From an uncultured virus (IMG/VR IMGVR_UViG_3300042141_000279) (taxonomy: Duplodnaviria; Heunggongvirae; Uroviricota; Caudoviricetes): a stretch of DNA of 64,000 nt. The DNA is taken from the IMG/VR virus record IMGVR_UViG_3300042141_000279, one strand, 5' to 3'. Within the stretch, counting starts at the first letter, position 1, and every line of letters begins with the position of its first letter. This document shows, piece by piece, positions 57,146 to 64,000 of the stretch. Below the pieces are notes generated by a model that was given only the letters and a program-made list of their open reading frames with translations, was not told the origin of the DNA and ran no database searches. The position numbers were made by a program, and so were the translations under genes.

Positions 57146-57465
57146 CACTGCACCTCTCTGGCGAGCATCTCGAGGTACGTGCGGTTCCCGCGCTCCGTCA
57201 CGCTCGCTAGTTCCATTGTCCTGCCCCTCCAGACCACGCGGTGGAGGTGCGTGACGTCCTCGCGATACCGGATGCGGATGCGGTGGGTGGCGATCACGTT
57301 GGCCTGCTGGGCTTGCAGGACGTCCCGGCTCGACAGCCCCTCCACCTGCGCCCAGAACGTCCCGACGGTCGTCTCCCACGAGAACGTCGACTCGCCCGAG
57401 AAACTCCGCGTCTCAGTCGGGGCGAGGATCGTCACACGCTCGGTGTACTTGCCGATGTCGATCAC
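57145..57465 (-). CDS. Head closure (head-tail adaptor) protein
   Basis: G....RVTI...W......WAQV...THRIRIRYR.DV. Confidence 0.85.
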   Translation of the reverse strand: MIDIGKYTERVTILAPTETRSFSGESTFSWETTVGTFWAQVEGLSSRDVLQAQQANVIATHRIRIRYREDVTHLHRVVWRGRTMELASVTERGNRTYLEMLAREVQ

Positions 57466-57920
57466 GACACGCTCCCGTTCCCGAGGAGCACGATGTCGTA
57501 GGAGCCGCCGTTGGTCCCGGTCACCGTCACGCCGGAGGCCGACATCCCGGTCGCCGACGGGTCGGACTGCACCGCCACGGCTCCGGCCGCCACGGTCAGG
57601 CCGGAGGCCGGGAACGGCGCTCCGGCGAACGCGAGGCTCGACGCCCCCTTGTTCTTGACGTAGTAGAGTTTCACGGCCGTGAGCGTCACGGTGACCGTGG
57701 CCCCGTCACGGACGTCCGAGAGCGTCGCCAGCGAGAACGTCTGCGACGCCCCGGAGAGCGTCTTCGTGGCGCTCCACGCCAGTTGGGCTTGGTTGCCCGC
57801 CGTGCCGTTGGTCAGCGACTGGGCGTAGGACGCCGGCGTCACCCGCAGCGACGAGGACAGGTCCGTCGCCGAGGTCTCGTGTGCCAGTACCGACAGGCTG
57901 ATCTGTGCCGAGAATGCCAT
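57462..57920 (-). CDS. Putative structural protein
   Basis: Beta-rich; similar to 57924-58412 (VKL.YVKN). Confidence 0.6.
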   Translation of the reverse strand: MAFSAQISLSVLAHETSATDLSSSLRVTPASYAQSLTNGTAGNQAQLAWSATKTLSGASQTFSLATLSDVRDGATVTVTLTAVKLYYVKNKGASSLAFAGAPFPASGLTVAAGAVAVQSDPSATGMSASGVTVTGTNGGSYDIVLLGNGSVS

Positions 57921-57923
57921 CGC

Positions 57924-58412
57924 TCACGTCCCCATCGCGTAGAACTCGTACCGTTCGGAAGGCACGCCGCCAACCCGGAGGATCGATCCCCCGACGGTCG
58001 TTCCGAACCCGTCCGAGTTCGGGCACGACAAAAGCCACGCCCCCAGCGGCCGGATCGGAAACCCGCGGAGCGTCAGGCTCCCGAGGTTGACCATCGGCGA
58101 GAAGTTCCACGACGTCACGTCCTGCCGGAAGATCGAGAACTGCGTGCCGTTCCAGCCGGCCGACAGGCCGATCGCCGACGTCTCCGAGAGGTTCTTCACG
58201 AAGAGCAACTTCACGACCGCGAGGCCGCCGGTGGCGAAGTTGATCTCGTCGTAGCCGATCGCGCCGAACGTCCTCCGCTCCGCGTACACGCGGTCGCAGT
58301 CGCCGGCGTCCACGCCGATCGAGATCGGCTTCACCTCGACACCCGTCGCCAGCCCGCTCTGCGTCGTGCGGCGGGCGTCGACGCTTGCGCGAATCTGGGC
58401 GGTGAGGGTCAT
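57924..58412 (-). CDS. Putative structural protein
   Basis: Beta-rich; VKLLFVKN. Confidence 0.6.
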   Translation of the reverse strand: MTLTAQIRASVDARRTTQSGLATGVEVKPISIGVDAGDCDRVYAERRTFGAIGYDEINFATGGLAVVKLLFVKNLSETSAIGLSAGWNGTQFSIFRQDVTSWNFSPMVNLGSLTLRGFPIRPLGAWLLSCPNSDGFGTTVGGSILRVGGVPSERYEFYAMGT

Positions 58413-59059
58413 CGGTAGCCGGCCCACCCGGAGGCCGCCAAGAGCGTGTCGAACGTCTGCGGCACCGGCAGCACCTGCGAGTAGCCGGTGACCACGGGCT
58501 GCCGCATCTCGTACCAGTGTGCGACCAAGAGCGCAATCGCCTGCCGGAGGATCGGTGGCGTCGAGGCGCCGGAGGGGCCGTAGCCGGCCGTCCACTGCAC
58601 GACCACGCTGTTCTCGTCGCCACGAACCGCCGGCCAAACGCCGTTGTAGTTCGGGTAGATGCGGCCCGGCGTCGTGTAGCGGTCGACCTGAAAGTCGCCG
58701 GCGGCGCTCGAAAGCGAAAGATTCTGCCCTGCCTCGTTGCGGTAGGTGACCGTCACGGTCTCCGGCTGCATCGGCGGGCGGGGCAGAATGAGTTCCCACA
58801 GCGGGAACACGTCATAGCGGGCTTGCCAGACCTGCGTGATGACGCTGATGTCGAGGATGTCCTCGACGTACTGCCTCGCGGCCGTGATGTACGTCTGGAC
58901 GAGAGCGTCGGAGGTGTCGTCGTCGATCCTGCACTGCGCCTTCGCCTCGGCGAGGCTCAACGGCTCGACCACGGGCGGCGTGGCTTGATACAGGCTCCGG
59001 TACGGCGTGATGCCGATCGTCGGTGACCTTGGCTCGCCGTAGACGATGGTGACGTTCAT
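58409..59059 (-). CDS. Head-tail connector (gp6-like)
   Basis: EPLSLAEAKAQCRID...I.AAR.YVE...AGYG...QAI.LLVAHWYE.R. Confidence 0.9.
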   Translation of the reverse strand: MNVTIVYGEPRSPTIGITPYRSLYQATPPVVEPLSLAEAKAQCRIDDDTSDALVQTYITAARQYVEDILDISVITQVWQARYDVFPLWELILPRPPMQPETVTVTYRNEAGQNLSLSSAAGDFQVDRYTTPGRIYPNYNGVWPAVRGDENSVVVQWTAGYGPSGASTPPILRQAIALLVAHWYEMRQPVVTGYSQVLPVPQTFDTLLAASGWAGYR

Positions 59060-59259
59060 TTCTTCGGCTTCCTGCGGTGCTGCTCGACGGCCCGCTCGAG
59101 CGGAGGATCGGTCGCGTCCGCGGTCTCAACCTCTGGCGGAGCAGGCCGGACCTCCTCGATCAAGCCGCGGGCGGCTAGGACGCGGGCCATCCCGTCGCCC
59201 CAGTCGAACTCTTGGCCTTCCTTGTAGTTCGCGAAGTTCTTCTTGATCCGCACTCTCAT
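59056..59259 (-). CDS. Small head-associated protein
   Basis: Y..GQEFD...A..L..RGL.E; basic tail. Confidence 0.6.
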   Translation of the reverse strand: MRVRIKKNFANYKEGQEFDWGDGMARVLAARGLIEEVRPAPPEVETADATDPPLERAVEQHRRKPKK

Positions 59260-59984
59260 GCCACGAATCCCCACGCGCCGTCCGGCGCCTGCTGGCCGCT
59301 GTTCCAATACTCGGTCGTGTGCTGCTGAATCTTGCCGCCTTCGGTGGTGCGGCTGGGCCATGTGATCATCAGTTCGGCGTGGCCGACGCTGACGTGCGTC
59401 GCGATGCCCAGCGTGTTGCCGGCGGACTCCCATGCGCGCCAGAATGCGATGTCCTCATCGACGTGGCCGCCCGTGAACTCGCCCTGCTCGTTGGCTTTCG
59501 CCAAGAACCACGGCTTGGGCGTCTTCTTGAGCGCCGAGCACCGCAGGAACGTGCAGCCGAAGTGCGCTGTCGCGACCCGCTGGACGGGCTTCTTGAACCA
59601 GTCCTCGTCGACCGTCGTCTGCTGCTCCGGCGTCACGCCCGGCAGGGCGAACATCACCGCGTTCGCCTCCCGCTTCGTCTGGAGCGGAGCGATCGCGTCC
59701 ACGCCCGAGTGCATCAGGAGTGCGAGCAGCGCCTCGATCGTCTTCGACGTGAAGATCGTGTCGTAGTCGAAAGTGAGGATCACGTCGTGGTTGTCCACGA
59801 CGGTTTCCATCGAGCGCTGGAGGCATTGGCCCCAGAACGCCCCGGTGTACTTGATCGGCGAGATGCGATGCGGCGCGAGAGCCTGCGCGACGCAGAAGAA
59901 GTTGTCCGTGAAGCCGAGGCGTGGCGTGCTCATCAGAGCAGCCACTTTGACCTCGGCTTCCACGTTGCCGATACGCAGTAGCAT
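59256..59984 (-). CDS. Glycosyltransferase-like protein (GT-A) inside the head module
   Basis: TFDYDTIF (DxD), HFGCTFL, DEDIAFW, VGH. Confidence 0.65.
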   Translation of the reverse strand: MLLRIGNVEAEVKVAALMSTPRLGFTDNFFCVAQALAPHRISPIKYTGAFWGQCLQRSMETVVDNHDVILTFDYDTIFTSKTIEALLALLMHSGVDAIAPLQTKREANAVMFALPGVTPEQQTTVDEDWFKKPVQRVATAHFGCTFLRCSALKKTPKPWFLAKANEQGEFTGGHVDEDIAFWRAWESAGNTLGIATHVSVGHAELMITWPSRTTEGGKIQQHTTEYWNSGQQAPDGAWGFVA

Positions 59985-60059
59985 GGAGTGCTCCTTGGAA
60001 GGAGCGGGGGCGCCTCCATGCGCCTGCTCGGCCGTCATGGCCGTCCCGCTGTACGGGAA

Positions 60060-60497
60060 TCAGCCCTTGACCCACTTGGCGACGTTGACCTCGGTCTCGG
60101 TCGACGGGAACTCCTCGCCTCGCGACAGGAGCGCCACGACGCTGACCGCGGCGGTCACGTCGGGGGTCACCGTCACGCGGAGATACCGCTTCCGAGCCTT
60201 GCAGTCGACGTCCATCTTGACGATGGAGCCGACCGAGGTGCTCACCGCCGCCATCGTGAAGCCGCTCGCGCCGTCCTTCACGAAGGCCGCGACGTCGCTG
60301 TAGGACGAGTTGTCGTCGGACTCCTCGACCTTCAGGACGCTCGCGAACGACGTGCCGGTGGAGGGCGCCTTCGACACGACCACGGAGGCGTAGTCATAGT
60401 TCCGGCGGTCGACGACCATCGTGGTGGTGGCGGTCGAGCCGACGGTGACCGGGCCGCTCGTGTGGCCGACGACCTTGAGGTTCTGGCTGTGGATCAT
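60060..60497 (-). CDS. Capsid decoration/cement-like protein
   Basis: Directly after MCP; VDRRNY...KVEESDDNSSYSDV...KRYLRV. Confidence 0.7.
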   Translation of the reverse strand: MIHSQNLKVVGHTSGPVTVGSTATTTMVVDRRNYDYASVVVSKAPSTGTSFASVLKVEESDDNSSYSDVAAFVKDGASGFTMAAVSTSVGSIVKMDVDCKARKRYLRVTVTPDVTAAVSVVALLSRGEEFPSTETEVNVAKWVKG

Positions 60498-60516
60498 CTC
60501 TGACGTGCTCCTGTTA

Positions 60517-61881
60517 TCACGAGGCCGCGGACTTGAGGGCCACCACCGGGCCGACCTCGCTGGTCGATCCGAGGGAGTGGTGGTTCACGTCGAACCGCAT
60601 CGTCCCTTGCAGGAGGAGTTGGTCCGTCGTGGCGTAGACCTGATCGTAGAGCCGGACGCTGAAGTCACGCCGGCGGGCGTAGATGCTCGACAGGCTCATG
60701 TTGCCGAAGAGCACCTTGATCTTGCTGACGTCCGCACCCAGCGTGCTGTTCATCACATGCACGAGCGTGACGGGGTAGCCGAGGAACGTGTCGACCGTTC
60801 CAGCCTGCACGTTCTCGACGGTGTTGCCACCGGCGGCGTACTTCAGGCGGGCGATCGACGCGGCGTAGCCGGCCGGAGACACGTACCACCGAGCACCGGC
60901 CCTCGCGTAGATCGGCAACTTGCCCATCGCGGCGAGGAAGTCCTCGAGGTCGAGGGTCTCGAAGCCGGTGTTGCCAGCGATGGCACCCACAACCGAGGCG
61001 GTGTGCGTGCCGTCGTTGATCTTGTCAACGATGCCGTGGATGCCACCGTAGGTTCCGAGCGTCCCGTCACCGAGCCAGCCGCAGAGGTCGATCTTGTAGG
61101 CGAGGCTCTGGGCGAACTCGGTGGCAACTGCATCGGCCAATCCCACCACGCCCTGCGAGTCTTCGACCAACTCGGTAGACATCCTGCAACCGACCGCGAG
61201 TTTGCGGGCCACGAGCGACACGTTGCCGTAGGTCGGCTCGCTCTCGGTCACGGCCGAGCCTTCGCCGACGAAGTAGGCGGTCGTGCCGGTGAGCCGCTTG
61301 GGGATGACCAGCGTGTCGCGGGTCATCGAGATGTTCTCGCACGCCGGCGGGAGCGTCCCGTAGGACTCGACCAGACGGATCACGCGATTGGCGAACTCGT
61401 CGGGGACGAGCGCTCCGCCGGAGGCGTTGCTGTTTTCGCCCATCGCACGGCTCTCGACGCCGTGATCCTTGCACCACCGGAGGTCTTCGGAGTTCTTGAA
61501 GATGTGCGCCCGGAGCCACCGGCCGCAGCGGTAGGCGCTCTCGACGGCGTCGGGGCCGTCACCGAAGGCACGCAGGGAGGTGTGATGCGGGAGGCTGGCC
61601 CGAATCTCGACCTTCTTCTGCTCCTCGGCGCGAGCCTCGGTCTCGGCGGGCGTCACGACGGGGGCGGGGGCCGCCTTCTCGATGACCTCGCGGAGTTCCT
61701 TCTCCTTCTCGGCGAGCCGACGCTCGAAGCCGATCTGGGCGGTCAGTTCGCTGGCCTGAGCGCCGAGCGCGACGAACTCCTGATTGTCCTCGGCCGAGCG
61801 ATCCTCGATCTTGCCGAGTTCGGCCATGCGAGCGGCGACCGCGGCGGCCCGGTCCTGCAACTTCTTGAGATTCGACGCCAT
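60517..61881 (-). CDS. Major capsid protein, HK97 fold with N-terminal delta domain
   Basis: Coiled-coil N-terminus; GGALVPDEF, AYFVGEG, S.ELVEDS, LGYPV, FGNMS. Confidence 0.93.
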   Translation of the reverse strand: MASNLKKLQDRAAAVAARMAELGKIEDRSAEDNQEFVALGAQASELTAQIGFERRLAEKEKELREVIEKAAPAPVVTPAETEARAEEQKKVEIRASLPHHTSLRAFGDGPDAVESAYRCGRWLRAHIFKNSEDLRWCKDHGVESRAMGENSNASGGALVPDEFANRVIRLVESYGTLPPACENISMTRDTLVIPKRLTGTTAYFVGEGSAVTESEPTYGNVSLVARKLAVGCRMSTELVEDSQGVVGLADAVATEFAQSLAYKIDLCGWLGDGTLGTYGGIHGIVDKINDGTHTASVVGAIAGNTGFETLDLEDFLAAMGKLPIYARAGARWYVSPAGYAASIARLKYAAGGNTVENVQAGTVDTFLGYPVTLVHVMNSTLGADVSKIKVLFGNMSLSSIYARRRDFSVRLYDQVYATTDQLLLQGTMRFDVNHHSLGSTSEVGPVVALKSAAS

Positions 61882-62033
61882 GATTGGCCTGCTCCTTGTT
61901 GAGCCGGCCATACGCGACGATGCGACGGCCGGCGGGTGTTCCCGCTAGCGCGCCGCAGGCGTGAATCCTCACGTCGCTCGCACTGACCATCGCGACATCC
62001 ATCGCGATGCTTGTATCTACTTGTAGGTTAACA

Positions 62034-64000
62034 TCAACCGTCGGTGTCGTGCAACTTAGTCCAGAGCAGAGCCTCCTGAAGCGCGGCCAACTTGGCCGCT
62101 GCATCAGTCGCATCGACGTCCACGACCGGCTCCGGCTGCTGCACCTGCTCGACCTGCTGCTCGACCTCGGCGACCGCAGGCTCCGACCGCTCTGCTTCGC
62201 GTTTCATCTGCGCCACCTTTCGTGCTGACCACACTTGCCCGGCGTTTCCGCCCCACAGTTCCCACGCCACAAACCCCGGCTTTTCAGCACCCGGCGTGTC
62301 CCAGCCGGGCGACTTGCTCGCCGATTCGTGGCGTGCGAACCACGCATTCATCTCGCGGACGTGGTCCGGCGTGAGTTCCTCGCGGCGTGCGATCTTATTC
62401 GCCCTCGCGACCGTCTCCGGCTTGAGGCCGTCGCCGGACTTGCCCTCCTCGTGGAGGCGGAGTCCACGGCGGGCCGCGGCGGCCATGCCGGCCGTCGGCT
62501 TCAGGTCGACTTCTCGCTCCTCGACGTCCGCCTCGACGCTCCGCTCCTTCGACGACTTCGGGTGGTCGGCCGGCAGGAGGTCGTTGTCGGTGACGTACTT
62601 CGCGTCCTGCGGCCTGCCGTTTCGCAGGAGGTACAGGTAGGCGTTCACGCGGGCCATCGCCCACGCGCCGCGGCTCACGCCCGGCCGGTGGCTGGTCGAA
62701 TACGCCCCGGCGCCTCGCCGGTAGACCGCGAGCAACTGCCCGAGCGTCGTCCGAGACCACGACGGCTTCTCGTCCTCACGCATGGCTTCGTTGTGGTCGC
62801 GGACCTTGTTCTGGAGGCCGGCTCGAACCGCCTGCGACACGGCGATCCGGCCACTCGCGTTCTTCGCCGATCCCTCTTTGTTCTTGTCGCTGCCGGCGAT
62901 CCGGTCCTTCTCCGGGGCGGGCGTCGACTGGGACTTGTCGCCGGCGGCACGGTCCTCTTCGTCGTCCTCGTCTGGCTCCGGCTGGTCGGTCTTCGTGAGT
63001 TCCGAGACCATCACGGCGACCATGTAGTCTTCAGGCTCGCCGTCGTCGAACGGCGTCACCACGGCCAGCGGCGCCTCCGGCGTCGCCGTCATGCCTTGGA
63101 TCGAGCCTTCACGCATGACGTGCTCGACGCGGCCGATGCTGCCGTCCCACGCGACGAAGTCGCCTTCGGAGAGTTCGTTCGGGGCGGCGCGATCCTCGGC
63201 CGTTCCAGATTCTGGAATCTGGAATGCAGCCTCCGGCGTCCGAACTTCGCTCTCTCGCTGTGCGAGAGAGCGACGCTGCACCCACTTCTCGCCGCCGTCG
63301 CCGCCGGCCAGCATCCACTCGACCCACGCCGGCGAGCCGGACCAGCCGACGGAACGGACCTCGTGGCACCGCTGATGCGTGCCGGCGAGGAACTCGACCT
63401 CCTCGACGGAGAGAACCTCGCGCTCCGCGATGCGTTCGGCGACCGCGACGAGCCGCTCGTCGAAGTCACCACGCGACTTGGCGGCCCGCAGACCCTTCCG
63501 AGCCGCGTTCGCCATCGTCTGATTCGGCCGGAAAGCGTCGCCGAGGGCCATTTCGATCGCCCGACGGCTCACGACCACGCTGGACGCCTCGTAGGCAGGC
63601 CGAACGACTGGTCCGACGTCGTCGAGCAGTGAGATCGAGCGGATTTCTCGCCGGCGGATGCCTCGTTCGTCCGTGCTCCACGAGTCTCCGCCGCTCCGAG
63701 ACACTGCGAACGCGAAACTCGACCCGGTGACGTACCCGCCGGAGACCAATTCGACGACCTCGTCGGCCGTTTTCGTCTTCGGAGGCATCATTTCGTAGCG
63801 CAGGCCGTAGGGATCGGCCTTCAGGCGGAGCGAACCGTTCGCGGAACGCGCCAAAAGCATATTTTTGTCGTGGTTGAACACGCCGACGACGTCGGGATTC
63901 GTCTTCAGGACGTCATCGAACGCCCGCGGGTGGATGGTCTCGATGAAACCACCCAAATCTCTCGAAGGCGACTGGAATACGGCCGCATACCCGACAATCA
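62034..64000 (-). CDS. HK97-type prohead protease with long multi-domain C-terminal extension (5'-truncated)
   Basis: IVGYAAVF..S.DLGGF.E.I...AF, FNHD, GSSFAF, DVGPV..PAY; frame open to the window edge. Confidence 0.9.
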   Translation of the reverse strand, partial: IVGYAAVFQSPSRDLGGFIETIHPRAFDDVLKTNPDVVGVFNHDKNMLLARSANGSLRLKADPYGLRYEMMPPKTKTADEVVELVSGGYVTGSSFAFAVSRSGGDSWSTDERGIRRREIRSISLLDDVGPVVRPAYEASSVVVSRRAIEMALGDAFRPNQTMANAARKGLRAAKSRGDFDERLVAVAERIAEREVLSVEEVEFLAGTHQRCHEVRSVGWSGSPAWVEWMLAGGDGGEKWVQRRSLAQRESEVRTPEAAFQIPESGTAEDRAAPNELSEGDFVAWDGSIGRVEHVMREGSIQGMTATPEAPLAVVTPFDDGEPEDYMVAVMVSELTKTDQPEPDEDDEEDRAAGDKSQSTPAPEKDRIAGSDKNKEGSAKNASGRIAVSQAVRAGLQNKVRDHNEAMREDEKPSWSRTTLGQLLAVYRRGAGAYSTSHRPGVSRGAWAMARVNAYLYLLRNGRPQDAKYVTDNDLLPADHPKSSKERSVEADVEEREVDLKPTAGMAAAARRGLRLHEEGKSGDGLKPETVARANKIARREELTPDHVREMNAWFARHESASKSPGWDTPGAEKPGFVAWELWGGNAGQVWSARKVAQMKREAERSEPAVAEVEQQVEQVQQPEPVVDVDATDAAAKLAALQEALLWTKLHDTDG

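Overview
The window is most of a high-GC, HK97-type long-tailed (siphovirus-like) phage or prophage genome. The host is inferred, not shown, to be a Planctomycete. Layout: (1) 1-550, 67-bp tandem repeats and CGTGGAAAC-type motifs. (2) 694-6545, a + strand array of small genes with a repeated intergenic motif, plus a beta-clamp homologue. (3) 6542-26045, - strand: HNH nuclease, a probable lysis module built around a papain-like peptidase, glycosyltransferases, a DegT aminotransferase, VRR-NUC, a trypsin-like protease, CsrA, UvrD helicase, primase-polymerase and SNF2 helicase. (4) 26095-29902, a tyrosine recombinase followed by an accessory island. (5) 29909-64000, - strand: gmd/fcl, tail fibres, an ACP/FabH/SDR/Rieske/acyltransferase/methyltransferase cluster, tape measure, tail and head genes, major capsid and a 5'-truncated prohead protease. 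Two candidate novel systems stand out. (a) An integron-like cassette array at 29053-29846: two attC-like hairpins plus an attI-like site. Its ORFs run antisense to the attC polarity, take their SD and ATG from inside one site and their stop from the next, and the whole island is bracketed by 59-bp quasi-palindromic repeats. (b) A phage-encoded pathway for an N-acylated amino-deoxysugar, resembling flagellin glycosylation islands, which plausibly decorates the virion. All product calls come from motif recognition by eye; no searches were run.
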